64,000 nt of DNA from Pseudomonadota bacterium (GTDB lineage: Bacteria > Pseudomonadota > Alphaproteobacteria > Sphingomonadales > SMXR01), in assembly GCA_022574255.1 (NCBI GenBank), contig JACZSK010000001.1, positions 20,117 to 84,116 of the forward strand, given 5' to 3'. Of this stretch, positions 46,437-57,652 are shown piece after piece. The position numbers were made by a program, and so were the translations under genes. The notes beneath the pieces were generated by a model. The model was not told the origin of the DNA, did no database searches, and saw nothing but the letters and a program-made list of their open reading frames with translations. Position 1 is the stretch's first letter, and each line of letters begins with the position of its first letter.

Positions 46437-47228
46437 TTATGCAACGCTAATATTCGCCGCCCGCGCCCTGGGCCCCTTGAAATATTCCTCGACCCATGGG
46501 TGGTTATACTCCAACAAATCAGCAATCGTACCAACCACAATTACACGCTTGTCCACCAAGACCGCAATACGGTCGCATACCGCATGCAAGGTATCCAGAT
46601 CATGGGTGACCAGAAATACCGTCAGTCCCAGCGCTTCCTTCAGTTCCACGATCAGCCTGTCAAAGTCTGCGGCGCCAATGGGGTCCAGCCCGGCCGTAGG
46701 TTCATCCAGGAGCAGCAACGCCGGATCCAGCGCCAGCGCCCGCGCCAGCCCGGCGCGCTTGCGCATGCCGCCAGATAAATCGGACGGATATTTCGCGCCC
46801 GCCTCCGGTGACAACCCGACCATGGAGATTTTCAATGCGGCAATCTCGTCCATCAAATTCTGGGACAGGTTAAAATGCTCGCGCAGCGGCACCTGAATAT
46901 TTTGTGCGACGGTCAGGGCGGAAAACAGCGCGCCATCCTGGAATAATACACCCCAGCGCCGGCGCTCCGCCGCCAGTTCGTCGGAAGTAAGCCCCGCCTG
47001 CGCCTGCCCGTTGATCTCTACTGTCCCGGAAGACGGCTTGAGCAATCCGATAATTATTTTGAGAAGCACCGACTTGCCGGCGCCGGAGCCCCCAACGACT
47101 CCAAGAATTTCACCCTTGCGAACATCCAGATTCAAGTCATCATGAATCACCGTATAATCGAAGCGCGTGACAAGATTTTGCACTCGTATCACGATCTCAT
47201 GCCCATTGCCGGATTGCTGATTCATCAC
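46437..47228 (-). CDS. ABC transporter ATP-binding protein (MlaF-like)
   Basis: 263 aa, Walker A GGSGAGKSV, signature LSGGMRKRAGLARAL. Confidence 0.9.
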   Translation of the reverse strand: MMNQQSGNGHEIVIRVQNLVTRFDYTVIHDDLNLDVRKGEILGVVGGSGAGKSVLLKIIIGLLKPSSGTVEINGQAQAGLTSDELAAERRRWGVLFQDGALFSALTVAQNIQVPLREHFNLSQNLMDEIAALKISMVGLSPEAGAKYPSDLSGGMRKRAGLARALALDPALLLLDEPTAGLDPIGAADFDRLIVELKEALGLTVFLVTHDLDTLHAVCDRIAVLVDKRVIVVGTIADLLEYNHPWVEEYFKGPRARAANISVA

Positions 47229-48370
47229 CAGCCCACCGCCGTGAAGAATATGGCGAGCAAGGCATCCAGCACTATGATCAGAAAAATTGACTGCACAACT
47301 GATTGGGTTGTTCGCTGGCCCACGCTCTCGGCGCTGCCGCTGACGCTTAGTCCCTCGAAACAGCCGCTCACCCCGATAACCACAGCGAAGAACACCGCCT
47401 TGATAACACCCACCCAGAAGGTTCTGATGTCCGGCACAGCTTCCTGAAAGAACTGCAGGAAGACAGCCGGCGACATATCAAGCTGCGCCCAGGCCATTAA
47501 CCCTCCACCCAATATGCCAGCCACATCGGCATAAAATGTGAGCAACGGCATAACCACCAGCAGCGCCAGAAATCGTGGGAGCACCAGCACATCAATTGGA
47601 TTCAGGCCGATGGTCTCCATGGCATCGACTTCCTCACGCAGCATCATCGAGCCGATTTGCGCGGTAAAGGCGCTGCCCGAACGACCGGCAACAATGATCG
47701 CGGTCAGCAATATGCCCAGCTCCCGCAGAATCGATATGGCCAGCATATCGACAACCAGCACTTCAGCCCCATAGAGGCGAAGCTGTATGGCGCTCTGGTT
47801 GACCATGACAGCGCCGATGAGAAAAGAAATCAGCCCGACAATCGGCAAGGCCCTGAGCCCAACCTGCTCAATATGATAGACCAGCGACGTCACGCGAATG
47901 CGCTGCGGTTGCCGAAACGCACCGGCCAGGCGGGTGATTATGAGGCCGAGAAAGCCCAGCAGCTCGCTCAACCTGACCAGGGAATTCAGCGTGCCCAGGC
48001 CAACGTCCTCGAGCAGGGTGAGAATGGAGTTTCGCCTTGGCGGCGCCATCTCGCAGGGCCGGTCGTTGGCCCCGACGCGCTCGATCAGCAGCTTGTACTC
48101 GTCTGAAACACCCCGAAAACGGGTATCCACACGCTTGAGCCTCAAATCGCGGGATAACCTGTAGATGAGCCAGGCGCCAAGGGTATCCATGCGTTCGACC
48201 TTTTCCAGATCGAGAACAACCGGCTCACCGCGAAGCTGGACTGCTTCCATGAGCCTGTCTTCAACATCGCCGGCGTGAAAAACAGTCCAGATACCGCCAA
48301 AGGAAATCTCTTTTTCGGGGCCTCTGCCACCGATCTCGATCCAGGCACTGTTATCCAGAATTGTCGCCAC
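47225..48370 (-). CDS. MlaE-family ABC permease with an N-terminal STAS-like domain
   Basis: 381 aa, coupled to the ATPase gene. The C-terminal ~260 aa are multi-TM and MlaE-like. Confidence 0.85.
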   Translation of the reverse strand: MATILDNSAWIEIGGRGPEKEISFGGIWTVFHAGDVEDRLMEAVQLRGEPVVLDLEKVERMDTLGAWLIYRLSRDLRLKRVDTRFRGVSDEYKLLIERVGANDRPCEMAPPRRNSILTLLEDVGLGTLNSLVRLSELLGFLGLIITRLAGAFRQPQRIRVTSLVYHIEQVGLRALPIVGLISFLIGAVMVNQSAIQLRLYGAEVLVVDMLAISILRELGILLTAIIVAGRSGSAFTAQIGSMMLREEVDAMETIGLNPIDVLVLPRFLALLVVMPLLTFYADVAGILGGGLMAWAQLDMSPAVFLQFFQEAVPDIRTFWVGVIKAVFFAVVIGVSGCFEGLSVSGSAESVGQRTTQSVVQSIFLIIVLDALLAIFFTAVGW

Positions 48371-48398
48371 GCTTTCCTGTCCTCAGCCTATCGCTGCA

Positions 48399-49616
48399 TC
48401 AACGGTTTACGCCAGCCTGCTCGCCCAGTTCAATCCGCGCAATCTGGTTGCGGTGCACTTCATCCGGCCCATCGGCCAGACGCAGGGTTCTGGCGTGCGC
48501 ATAGGCCATTGCAAGGCCGAAATCGTCCGACACGCCGCCGCCGCCATGGGCCTGTATGGCCCAGTCGATAACCTTGCAGGCCATATTCGGCGCCGCAACT
48601 TTAATCATGGCAATCTCTTTTCGCGCCACCTTGTTCCCTGCGGTGTCCATTATATAGGCCGCCTTCAGCGTCAGCAGCCGGCATTGCTCTATCATGATGC
48701 GCGATTCCGCAATCCTTTCCTGGGTCACCGTCTGATAGGCAATGGGCTTGCCGAAAGCCACACGCGCGGCGGTGCGTTTGCACATTTTCTCCAGCGCTCG
48801 CTCGGCCTGGCCAATCAGCCGCATGCAGTGATGAATGCGGCCCGGGCCAAGGCGGCCCTGGGCGATCTCGAACCCGCGACCGGGCCCCAGAAGTATATTC
48901 GAGGCCGGCACGCGAACATCGGTAAAGGTCATTTCGGCATGGCCATGGGGCGCGTCATCATATCCGAACACCGGCAGCATGCGCTCTATCTTGACGCCCG
49001 GCGCATCCATTGGCACCAGAATCATCGATTGCTGGCGATGGGTATCCTCGTTATCGGGGTCGGTCTTGCCCATGAATATCAGCACCTTGCAGCGCGGGTC
49101 GCCGGCCCCGGACGTCCACCACTTCCGCCCGTTGATCACATAGTCTTCGCCGTCGGCTTCTATGCGCGCTTCAATGTTTCGGGCGTCCGAAGACGCCACA
49201 TCCGGTTCCGTCATGGCGAAGGCAGAGCGGATTTCCCCCTTGAGCAAGGGCGTCAGCCACTGATTTTTCTGCTCTTCCGAGCCATATCGGACCAGAACCT
49301 CCATATTGCCGGTGTCGGGCGCGGAGCAATTGAATGCCTCGGGACCAAAGGTCGAGCGCCCCATTATCTCGCAGAGCGGCGCGTATTCCATATTTGTAAG
49401 GCCGGCGCCATGTTCGGTGTCGGGCAGGAACAGGTTCCACAGCCCAGCGGATTTTGCCTTTGTCTTCAGTCCTTCAATAATCTGGCTGGGCTGCCAGCGA
49501 TCGCCGGAATTGATTTCCGCGATAATATCTGCCTCTGCGGGATAGACATGCTGAGCCATGAAATCTCTGACTTGAGCCTGCAGTTTTTTGACTTTGTCGG
49601 AATGACTGAAATCCAC
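48399..49616 (-). CDS. acyl-CoA dehydrogenase
   Basis: 405 aa with [18 protein letters not shown] and a C-terminal ACAD fold ([12 protein letters not shown]). Confidence 0.9.
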   Translation of the reverse strand: MDFSHSDKVKKLQAQVRDFMAQHVYPAEADIIAEINSGDRWQPSQIIEGLKTKAKSAGLWNLFLPDTEHGAGLTNMEYAPLCEIMGRSTFGPEAFNCSAPDTGNMEVLVRYGSEEQKNQWLTPLLKGEIRSAFAMTEPDVASSDARNIEARIEADGEDYVINGRKWWTSGAGDPRCKVLIFMGKTDPDNEDTHRQQSMILVPMDAPGVKIERMLPVFGYDDAPHGHAEMTFTDVRVPASNILLGPGRGFEIAQGRLGPGRIHHCMRLIGQAERALEKMCKRTAARVAFGKPIAYQTVTQERIAESRIMIEQCRLLTLKAAYIMDTAGNKVARKEIAMIKVAAPNMACKVIDWAIQAHGGGGVSDDFGLAMAYAHARTLRLADGPDEVHRNQIARIELGEQAGVNR

Positions 49617-49817
49617 CGGGTTGCCTCCAGCATCTTGTATGAATCGGGCCAGTATCCACCGCGCTTGAGCGAATGGAAAGACCCTAGCGGGTGATTCACT
49701 GCTGCGCCCGATAATTTCCTCTGACGCCGCGCTTGGCAGGGATGGAAAAGAGCCTAAAGTGATCCGTGAAAGCAGGTTGAGCGGATTAGAGAATCACATG
49801 CGTGGACCCGCGGCGGC

Positions 49818-50777
49818 ATGAGTGCAAAACAGTTATACCCGGCTATCAAGTCCTTTGAGACGGGATTCCTGAAGGTTTCGGATGGCCATGATCTCTATTA
49901 TGAGCTCTCCGGAAATCCGCAGGGCAAGCCGGTTGTTTTCCTGCATGGCGGACCCGGCGGCGGCACCTCGCCGCAGCAGCGGCGTTTCTTCGACCCGCAG
50001 CGATACCTGATTATTCTTTTCGATCAGCGCGGCTCTGGCAAAAGTACGCCCCATGCTTCGCTGGAAAACAATACGACCCGGGATCTGGTCGCTGATATCG
50101 AGCGGCTGCGCGCGCATCTTGGCATCGAGAGGTGGCAGGTGTTCGGTGGCTCATGGGGCAGCACGCTGGCGCTGGCCTACGCGCAGGCGCACCCGGAACC
50201 GGTGACCGAACTTGTTTTGCGCGGCATTTTTCTGTTCCGCAAGAAGGATATCGACTGGTTTTACCGCGATGGCACGAGGCGGCTGTTTCCCGATCTCTGG
50301 GAGGAATTCATCGCACCAATTCCCGAAAGCGAGCGGGACGACATCATCGCGGCCTATTATCGCCGCCTCACCGGGACTGACGAGGCCGAAAAAATAACCG
50401 CGGCCAAGGCCTGGTGCCTTTGGGAAAACCGCACGATTACCCTAAGCCCGGACGATTCCCTGGCCAGCGAAGTCAACAATGTCGAGTTCGCCATGGCCTT
50501 CGCCCGCATCGAGGCCCATTACTTTGTCAGTGGCGGCTTCATGGGGCGCGAGAACCAGCTTCTGGAGGATTGCTCATTGATCCGCCACATACCAACGGTA
50601 ATCATTCATGGGCGCTATGACGCCATTTGCCCCTGCGCCAATGCCTGGGATCTGAAGCAGGCCCTTCCCCAGGCGGAATTGAAAATCGTGCCCGCATCGG
50701 GACATTCGGCCTTTGAACCGGGTATTACCAGCGCGCTGGTCAGCGCAACAGACAAATTCCTGGAAGCGGCGGAATAG
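49818..50777 (+). CDS. pip: prolyl aminopeptidase
   Basis: 319 aa. HGGPGGG and nucleophile GGSWGSTLALAYA, with C-terminal HSAFEPG. Confidence 0.9.
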   Translation: MSAKQLYPAIKSFETGFLKVSDGHDLYYELSGNPQGKPVVFLHGGPGGGTSPQQRRFFDPQRYLIILFDQRGSGKSTPHASLENNTTRDLVADIERLRAHLGIERWQVFGGSWGSTLALAYAQAHPEPVTELVLRGIFLFRKKDIDWFYRDGTRRLFPDLWEEFIAPIPESERDDIIAAYYRRLTGTDEAEKITAAKAWCLWENRTITLSPDDSLASEVNNVEFAMAFARIEAHYFVSGGFMGRENQLLEDCSLIRHIPTVIIHGRYDAICPCANAWDLKQALPQAELKIVPASGHSAFEPGITSALVSATDKFLEAAE

Positions 50778-50910
50778 GCTGGCCCACAGTTTGGAATCCA
50801 TTTACGCCGCCCGGTTTTGTGCATCAGGCCGGCAGAGTTAATTTGCGATTAAGTTTTTTGTGGAAACCTCCCGGAGGATTGAGGTCACAACTAACTCAGT
50901 AGGAAAAGAC

Positions 50911-51279
50911 ATGTCTGACAGTTTATTTGAGAGAATCGGCGGGGCACCGGCCGTGGAAGCCGCCGTCGACGTTTTTTACCGCAGGATTCTGGCCGACCCC
51001 CTTATCAGCCATTTTTTCGATGACACCGATATGGATGCCCAGAGGTCAAAGCAGAAAGCTTTTCTGACCATGGCTTTCGGCGGACCAAACGAATACACGG
51101 GCAAGGACCTGAGCGACGCGCACAGGGACCTGGTGCGGCGCGGCATGAACGATAGCCACTTTGACGCCGTCGCCGGGCATCTGCAGGCCACGTTGGAGGA
51201 GCTTGGCGTTCCCGAAGCCGAGACCGGCGAAGTGATGACTATCGCCGGCGGGACGCGGGACGCCGTTCTCTGTCGGTGA
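50911..51279 (+). CDS. group I truncated hemoglobin
   Basis: ATG 50911 after aggaaaag. LFERIGGAPAVEAAVDVFYRRILADPLISHFF and FLTMAFGGPNEYTGKDLSDAH are trHbN hallmarks. Confidence 0.85.
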   Translation: MSDSLFERIGGAPAVEAAVDVFYRRILADPLISHFFDDTDMDAQRSKQKAFLTMAFGGPNEYTGKDLSDAHRDLVRRGMNDSHFDAVAGHLQATLEELGVPEAETGEVMTIAGGTRDAVLCR

Positions 51280-52295
51280 CCGACGCCGCGAAACGCTCTC
51301 GGACCAATCCAACCACTGTCTATTTCTCGGGCGCGCCATGCGAATGTGCGCCCGGGGAAACAGTGCTGGATGCCTTGCTGCGGCAAAAACCCGATCTCGC
51401 CTATTCCTGCAAGAAGGGCACATGCCTTTCCTGCATTTTGAAGGCCGACGGCCCGGTGCCGGCGGAAGCCCAGGAAGGCCTGTCACCGACACTGGCCAAA
51501 CAGGGTTTTTTTCTTCCCTGCCTCTGCCCGCCACTGGACGGCATGTTGATCGAGCCTGCGGAAGGCAAAGGTCTTTTCGCGGATGCGACCATCGAATCGG
51601 CTGACCAACTGGCAGCCCACATAACGCGCATTCGCCTGAGACCCAACGAAGCGTTCGAATATGAGGCGGGTCAGTTTATCAATATGCGGCGCGATGACGG
51701 GCTGACCCGCAGCTATTCCCTGGCCAGCGTTCCAGGCCAGGATGACCTGTTGGAACTGCATATCAAACGGCTGGAAAACGGCATAATGAGCAATTGGGCG
51801 GCGGACGGCGCCAGCGTCGGCGACGCCGTGGAGATACAGGGGCCAAACGGATCATGCTTCTATCTGGAAGGCAACGCCGGCGGCCCGCTGATGATGATCG
51901 GAAACGGCGCCGGCCTTGCACCCTTACAGGCTATTGCCCGCGACGCGCTCGACCGTGGGCATCGGGGCGACATTCACTTGTATCATGGCAGCCGTCATGC
52001 CGACGGCCTGTATATGCGGGACGAGCTGGCCGAACTTGCGAGCCAACATGCCAATTTCTATTATCACCCCTGCCTTTCGGGGTCAGCGGTGCCAAAAGGA
52101 TGTCGGCGCGGACGCGCGGAAGATGTCGCCTTTGGCGACCACCAGGATCTCAAGGACTGGCATTTGTATCTCTGCGGTTACCCGCCGATGGTTGAGGCCG
52201 CGCGCAAGACCGCATTCCTGAAAGGAGCCTCTCTGGCCAATATCCTGAGCGACGCTTTCGAGCTGCGCGAGTTGCGCATCGAACCACGCGATTAA
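51276..52295 (+). CDS. [2Fe-2S] ferredoxin-FAD/NAD(P) oxidoreductase (FNR-like reductase)
   Basis: 339 aa. The GTG start overlaps the trHb stop (GTGA). It has C-x4-C-x2-C (SCKKGTCLSC), the RSYSLAS FAD motif and the MIGNGAGLAPL NAD motif. Confidence 0.85.
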   Translation: MTDAAKRSRTNPTTVYFSGAPCECAPGETVLDALLRQKPDLAYSCKKGTCLSCILKADGPVPAEAQEGLSPTLAKQGFFLPCLCPPLDGMLIEPAEGKGLFADATIESADQLAAHITRIRLRPNEAFEYEAGQFINMRRDDGLTRSYSLASVPGQDDLLELHIKRLENGIMSNWAADGASVGDAVEIQGPNGSCFYLEGNAGGPLMMIGNGAGLAPLQAIARDALDRGHRGDIHLYHGSRHADGLYMRDELAELASQHANFYYHPCLSGSAVPKGCRRGRAEDVAFGDHQDLKDWHLYLCGYPPMVEAARKTAFLKGASLANILSDAFELRELRIEPRD

Positions 52296-52299
52296 CGAA

Positions 52300-54180
52300 T
52301 TACTCGCCAGCAGATGCTACAGCCGTATCTGCTTCGGGTAGCCGCCAAACTTCGGGCGCGGAATCGAACCGTGCCTTTTGTTTCTGGCGCTGGACCTCCA
52401 TTTCCGCGGGAAGCCTGCCCTCAAAGCGCTGAAAAAGCTCCAACTGGTCTTCCGCTTCCCGGCGCCCGGCCTCGCGGTCAATTTCCATCAGCGCGCGGAA
52501 AGTAGCGTCGTCAAAATCCAGGCCATTCCAGTTCATATCACTGCGTTCGGGCATAAGGCCGAAAGGGCTCTCAACCGCGCCGGCGCTTCCGGTCACGCGG
52601 CCAATAATCCACTGGATCACCCGCATATTCTCGCCAAATCCGGGCCAGATAAAGCGACCGTCCTGGTCCTTGCGGAACCAGTTTACGCGGAAGATTCCCG
52701 GTGGATTCTGCAGGCCCGCCCCAAAGTCCAGCCAATGCTGCCAATAGTCACCCATGTTGTATCCGCAAAAGGGGAGCATCGCCATCGGATCGCGGCGAAT
52801 CGCCTCCTGCTTCTCGGCCGCCGCGGTGGCTTCCGAGCCCATCGTTGCAGCCAAGTATACGCCATGTTGCCAATCAAATGATTCGTAGACCAACGGGAAG
52901 GTGGTGGACAGGCGTCCGCCAAAGATAAAGGCGCTGATCGGTACGCCCTCGGGGTCGTCCCACGCGGGGTCGATGCTGGGGCACTGGGTTGCCGGTGCGG
53001 TGAAACGCGCGTTTGGATGCGCCGCCGGCCTTCCACATCCCGGCGTCCAGTCCTCGCCTTTCCAGTCAATGAGATGGGCGGGCGGTTCGTCGCTCATGCC
53101 CTCCCACCAGATGTCGCCGTCGTCGGTCAAGGCCACATTGGTGAAGATGGTGTTCTTTTCGATGGTGCACATCGCCGAGGGATTCGATTTCATCGAGGTT
53201 CCCGGAGCGACGCCAAAATAACCGGCCTCCGGATTAATGGCATAAAGCCTGCCGTCCGCGCCCGGTTTAATCCAGGCGATATCATCGCCGACGGTCCAGG
53301 TTTTCCAGCCTTCGAACCCATCGGGCGGGATCATCATGGCCAGGTTCGTCTTGCCGCAGGCGCTGGGGAAAGCGCCGCAAATATAGGTTTTTTCGCCGTT
53401 GGGCGATTCAACACCCAGAATAAGCATATGTTCGGCCAGCCAGCCCTCGTCCCGCGCCATGGCGCTGGCGATCCGGAGGGCAAAGCATTTTTTGCCCAGC
53501 AGCGCATTGCCGCCATAGCCGCTGCCGAATGACCAGATCGAGCGATCCTCGGGAAAATGAACAATATACTTGTTGTCGGCGTTGCAGGGCCAAGGCACAT
53601 CCTGTTGGCCATCGCCCAGCGGTGCTCCCACCGAATGCATGCAGGGGACGAAATCGCCGTCACCCAGAACATCCAGCGCGCCCTGCCCCATACGGGTCAT
53701 GATTCTCATGCTGACCGCCACATAGGGCGAATCGGAAATCTCCACCCCGATATGCGCGATGTCAGAGCCCAGGGGGCCCATGCTGAAGGGAATCACATAC
53801 ATTGTCCGGCCTTCCATGGCGCCGTCGAACAGTCCCAGCAGCTTCGCCTTCATTTCATCGGGGTCGCACCAGTTGTTGGTCGGGCCGGCATCCTCGGCAG
53901 ACCGCGAGCAGATAAAAGTTCGGTCCTCAACCCGCGCCACGTCGCGGGGGTCCGAGCGAGAGAGAAATGAGCCCGGGCGTTTTTCTTCGTTCAGCCTTAT
54001 GAAGGTGCCTGCTTCCACCAGTTGATCACAGAGGGAATCATATTCTTCCCCGGACCCATCACACCAATGCACAGCATCGGGCCTGCACAGGGCGACCATC
54101 TCCTCGACCCAGGAAAGCAATTTGGCATTGCTGGTGTTTGCTGAATTGCCAAGTGTCATGTTTTTTCCCGGTCGGGTCAT
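52300..54180 (-). CDS. pckG: phosphoenolpyruvate carboxykinase (GTP)
   Basis: 626 aa with [12 protein letters not shown] kinase-1a and WMRF-type blocks. Length and motifs fit GTP-PEPCK. Confidence 0.95.
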   Translation of the reverse strand: MTRPGKNMTLGNSANTSNAKLLSWVEEMVALCRPDAVHWCDGSGEEYDSLCDQLVEAGTFIRLNEEKRPGSFLSRSDPRDVARVEDRTFICSRSAEDAGPTNNWCDPDEMKAKLLGLFDGAMEGRTMYVIPFSMGPLGSDIAHIGVEISDSPYVAVSMRIMTRMGQGALDVLGDGDFVPCMHSVGAPLGDGQQDVPWPCNADNKYIVHFPEDRSIWSFGSGYGGNALLGKKCFALRIASAMARDEGWLAEHMLILGVESPNGEKTYICGAFPSACGKTNLAMMIPPDGFEGWKTWTVGDDIAWIKPGADGRLYAINPEAGYFGVAPGTSMKSNPSAMCTIEKNTIFTNVALTDDGDIWWEGMSDEPPAHLIDWKGEDWTPGCGRPAAHPNARFTAPATQCPSIDPAWDDPEGVPISAFIFGGRLSTTFPLVYESFDWQHGVYLAATMGSEATAAAEKQEAIRRDPMAMLPFCGYNMGDYWQHWLDFGAGLQNPPGIFRVNWFRKDQDGRFIWPGFGENMRVIQWIIGRVTGSAGAVESPFGLMPERSDMNWNGLDFDDATFRALMEIDREAGRREAEDQLELFQRFEGRLPAEMEVQRQKQKARFDSAPEVWRLPEADTAVASAGE

Positions 54181-54287
54181 AATCCACGGCCGGCGCCCCG
54201 CCGTAGCGCCGTTTGTTGCAAGATCAGAGCCTTCTATCGGAAAGTCGATCCAATCTCAACATGAGTTTGTTCGCCGGACCAGCGTTC

Positions 54288-55745
54288 TTATTCCGGCAAC
54301 GTGTAAGCGGTTTTCACAATGGTGTAGAACTCGGCAGCGTAACTTCCCTGCTCGCGGGAGCCATAGCTGGACCCCTTTGTGCCACCGAATGGCACATGAT
54401 AATCGACCCCCGCAGTGGGCAAATTCACCATCACCATTCCGGCTTTTGCGTCGCGCTTGAAGGCGCTGGCGGCTTTCAGCGATGTGGTGCAGATACCCGC
54501 GGAAAGCCCGAATTCCGTGTCATTGGCAACCGCGACCGCCTCGTCGTAATCTTTTACCTTGATCACGCTGGCTACCGGGCCAAAGATTTCCTCGCGGTTG
54601 ATGCGCATGTTGTTTCGCGTGTTGGTGAAAAGCGCTGGCGAGATGTAATAGCCTTCTGTGTCACGGCTCAAACGCTCGCCGCCCCAGGCCAGCGTTGCCC
54701 CCTCGTCCTGGCCTGTCTTGATGTAATCCAGATCCTGGTCCAGCTGCCCCTGGTCAACGACCGGGCCAATCTGGGTGCCGGCTTTGCGCGCGTCATCTAC
54801 CTTCAGTTCCTTAATACCGGCAACCACCGCATCAACGAAGCGGTCATGAATGGCCTCGGCAACAATAAGGCGCGACGACGCCGTGCAGCGCTGCCCGGTG
54901 GAAAAGAAAGCGCCGCTGATGGCGCAATCAACCGCCGTTTCCAGAGGCGCGTCATCCAGTATCACCAGGGGGTTCTTGCCACCCATCTCCAACTGGAATT
55001 TGGCGCCGCGCGCCGCGCAGATTGCGGAAACCCGCGCCCCGGTGGTCACCGACCCGGTAAAGCTGACACCGTCAATCCGCGAATCGTTCAATATTGCGTC
55101 ACCGACCAGGCCGCCGGACCCCATGACCAGGTTGAAAACACCTTCGGGAAGCCCGGCACGGCTTATGATATCCGCCAGGTTCCAGGCCGAACCGGGAACC
55201 AGGCTGGCGGGCTTGAAGACCACGCAGTTGCCGTAGGCAAGCGCCGGCGCGATTTTCCATGCCGGTATGGCGATGGGAAAATTCCACGGCGTGATAATAC
55301 CGATTACGCCCAAAGGCTGGCGGGTGACCTCGACCTCGACGCCAGGCCTGACCGAGGCAATCGATTCGCCGCGAATCCTGAGCGCTTCTCCACCGAAGAA
55401 CTTGAATATCTGCCCGGCGCGGGCAACTTCACCAACGGCCTCGGGAAGGGTTTTGCCTTCTTCGCGCGCCAGCATGTCACCCAGCTCATCCTTGCGGGCC
55501 AAAATTTCGTTGCCAATACCATCCAGCGCGTCAGCCCGCGTCTGTATGCCGCTTTTCGACCAGGCATCGAAGGCGCCGGAAGCCGCATCAATGGCGGCGG
55601 CGGTCTGTTCCGCGCTGGCCTGCGCATATTCTCCAATAACGTCCGAGATGTCGGAAGGGTTATGATTCGCTGCCGCGGATGCGCCATCCAGCCATTCGCC
55701 CGCAATCAAATTTTGATACATCCTTGCTCGCCTCCAGCCGGCCAT
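54288..55745 (-). CDS. NAD(P)-dependent aldehyde dehydrogenase
   Basis: 485 aa with [15 protein letters not shown]-like LEMGGKNP and the catalytic GQRCTASSR. Confidence 0.9.
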   Translation of the reverse strand: MAGWRRARMYQNLIAGEWLDGASAAANHNPSDISDVIGEYAQASAEQTAAAIDAASGAFDAWSKSGIQTRADALDGIGNEILARKDELGDMLAREEGKTLPEAVGEVARAGQIFKFFGGEALRIRGESIASVRPGVEVEVTRQPLGVIGIITPWNFPIAIPAWKIAPALAYGNCVVFKPASLVPGSAWNLADIISRAGLPEGVFNLVMGSGGLVGDAILNDSRIDGVSFTGSVTTGARVSAICAARGAKFQLEMGGKNPLVILDDAPLETAVDCAISGAFFSTGQRCTASSRLIVAEAIHDRFVDAVVAGIKELKVDDARKAGTQIGPVVDQGQLDQDLDYIKTGQDEGATLAWGGERLSRDTEGYYISPALFTNTRNNMRINREEIFGPVASVIKVKDYDEAVAVANDTEFGLSAGICTTSLKAASAFKRDAKAGMVMVNLPTAGVDYHVPFGGTKGSSYGSREQGSYAAEFYTIVKTAYTLPE

Positions 55746-55847
55746 TCAAGCTGGCACTATTATAGCGCTCGCTACGCATTTCTGCGCACTTCTGTCTCGC
55801 AAAACAAGAGTGCGATTATGGGGGATTAATTCCACCCAGTTTGGTTT

Positions 55848-56303
55848 TTAGTCAGGAGAGCCCGATCCCGCGCGCTGCTCCAAAATCGGGCGTATGGCGG
55901 AGAGGTCGTGTCCCGCGGCCGCACATTGGGAGATGATTTCGTCCGCCGTAGTCGATTCCGCGGCGCCGAGCGCCCAGATAAGCGCCGCACGCCTGCCGGT
56001 GCCACAATAGGCCAAGGCAGGCCCGGGGGTCTCGTCAAGGGCCTTGGCAAAAGAAGTGAGAAGCTGCGGTGTTATATCGGGCATTGCGCCCTTCACCAGC
56101 ACCGGGATATGCCGATAATCGAGGCCGTGCTCCGCCGCAATACGCGCCGCTTCCGCACCAGAAATGTAGCCGGGTTTTTCGCCGTCGGGGCGAAGATTGA
56201 GAATTGTCTTGTAGCCCGCCGCCGCTGCGGCCTCGATGTCCGCTGCGTCCAGCTGCGGCGAAACTGAAAAATGCTCGTTGATTCGCGAGATATTGCTCAC
56301 CAT
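55848..56303 (-). CDS. DUF442/TIGR01244 sulfurtransferase-phosphatase-like protein (Blh N-domain type)
   Basis: ATG at 56303. FSVSPQLDAADIEAAAAAGYKTILNLRPDGE and the AYCGTGRRA Cys-loop. Confidence 0.75.
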   Translation of the reverse strand: MVSNISRINEHFSVSPQLDAADIEAAAAAGYKTILNLRPDGEKPGYISGAEAARIAAEHGLDYRHIPVLVKGAMPDITPQLLTSFAKALDETPGPALAYCGTGRRAALIWALGAAESTTADEIISQCAAAGHDLSAIRPILEQRAGSGSPD

Positions 56304-56384
56304 CGTCCCCTGTAAAACGGAAAATTCGCGATTCCGGCACCACCGGAAATACCGCAATCTACAAATCCAATGTGGACTGACCGG

Positions 56385-56756
56385 CTAGGCCGTCTCGGCA
56401 GCCGCAACTTCAACAGGGGAACCATCACGGCAGTAAAGGTCATACAGTGTGGCCATTACGGCCTCCACCTCGCCGCTGCTCAGCGAATAATAAATCGACT
56501 GCGCCGACCGCCGTGTTGCAACCAGTCTTTCGCGCCGCAAAATAGCCAGATGCTGCGACAAGGCTGACTGGCTCAGGCCAATGGCCTTTTCCAGATCGCC
56601 AACGCTGAGTTCGCCGGTGGCAAGATGGCAAAGAATCAGCAGCCGCCATTCATTGGCCATTGACTTCAAAAGTGCCGTCGCCCGTTGCGCATTCTTCTGC
56701 AACTGCGCAATGTCCATCGATGCATCCATCTCAAACCCACTTCCCGTCGCATTCAC
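56385..56756 (-). CDS. ArsR/SmtB-family repressor of the two-Cys persulfide-sensing type (BigR/SqrR-like)
   Basis: 123 aa with an HTH (GDLEKAIGLSQSALSQHLAILRRERLV). The two Cys are placed as in BigR/SqrR (LILCHL and LYDLYCRD). Confidence 0.8.
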   Translation of the reverse strand: MNATGSGFEMDASMDIAQLQKNAQRATALLKSMANEWRLLILCHLATGELSVGDLEKAIGLSQSALSQHLAILRRERLVATRRSAQSIYYSLSSGEVEAVMATLYDLYCRDGSPVEVAAAETA

Positions 56757-56969
56757 AAATACTGGCTTACCATATCCTCAGCCAACAAAAACTTGCCTGA
56801 CGCGCATTTCTTATGCAGCAAGCCGCTCTTGTAATTGTAACCCAGGCTGCGCAAATCTATATTTCCGGCAGCGACTTTGCAACCAAGGAAATATTGCGTA
56901 TCCCCAATAATGCACCGATTCGAATCGAAATCACGACCAAATTAGTCTTTTTATTGGCGCCCACAGCCG

Positions 56970-56989
56970 ATTTCACGACTTCGTGAAAT
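56970..56989. promoter_or_regulatory. palindrome ATTTCACG-N4-CGTGAAAT (candidate ArsR-type operator)
   Basis: Seen in the divergent region between the ArsR gene and the DsrE-like gene. The nearby 12-bp palindrome CGATTCGAATCG carries two GANTC sites. Confidence 0.35.
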
Positions 56990-57072
56990 TTACGCCGACC
57001 ATAGTATTCAGTTTCACTAATATAGCACATTATGATAAACAAATATGTATTCAGCAGTGGGAGGGGTTAATT

Positions 57073-57591
57073 ATGAACGATCAAGCGCCGGGGACAAGTG
57101 CCAACGGCAGCAACGCCAAGCGCATGTCTATAATCGTAACCAAGGGCACGTTGGACTGGGCCTATCCGCCCTTTATCCTGGCCACGACCGCGGCCGCCAT
57201 GGACGTTAAGGTCACCATGTTCTTTACTTTTTATGGCCTGCCGCTTCTTCTGAAAAAGTTGAACCTGGAGGTCAACACGCTGGGCAACGCGGCGATGAGA
57301 ATGCCCATGGGTGGCATGCATATGGCGATGCCAAATATAATGGCGGCCATCCCGGGCGCCACCGCGGGCATTACAGCGATGATGAAGAATATGATGAAGA
57401 AAAAGGGCGTGGCATCAATTGAAGAGCTGCGTGAGGCGGCGGTGGATAGCGATGTCAAGCTGATCGCCTGCCAGATGACCATGGATCTTTTTGAATATTC
57501 TCGCGATGAGATGATCGAAGGAATCGAGTTGGGCGGGGCCGCCACCTATATAGAAGGCGCCCTTAAATCTGACATCAACTTGTTCATTTGA
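57073..57591 (+). CDS. DsrE/DsrF-like (COG2210-type) sulfur-relay family protein
   Basis: ATG 57073 after gggagggg. MSIIVTKGTLDWAYPPFILA, a Met-rich loop, and KLIACQMTMDLF with the conserved Cys. Confidence 0.75.
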   Translation: MNDQAPGTSANGSNAKRMSIIVTKGTLDWAYPPFILATTAAAMDVKVTMFFTFYGLPLLLKKLNLEVNTLGNAAMRMPMGGMHMAMPNIMAAIPGATAGITAMMKNMMKKKGVASIEELREAAVDSDVKLIACQMTMDLFEYSRDEMIEGIELGGAATYIEGALKSDINLFI

Positions 57592-57652
57592 GCCGGTTTG
57601 ACATTGTGATTATGGATTGAGATCAAAAGGATGAGAAAGGAGAGTGTGTGGC

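Noticed and set aside
49672-49687. AATGG…GACCCTAG in the ACAD/pip intergenic region, resembling the 3' terminus of elements A and B (a solo end?).
   Set aside because: Only a 5-mer plus an 8-mer match, with no inverted partner nearby. It is too short to separate from chance without a genome-wide profile search.
54213-55829. A 538-aa + strand ORF covers the entire aldehyde dehydrogenase locus. Similar long antisense ORFs occur at 48453-49694, 14384-15337, 18890-19921, 20876-21703, 28686-29522, 38701-39684, 42286-42930 and 43716-44624.
   Set aside because: The opposite strand carries strong family motifs in each case. The antisense products are Arg/Gly/Pro/Ala-rich with no recognisable motifs or RBS. 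This is typical of shadow ORFs in GC-rich DNA.
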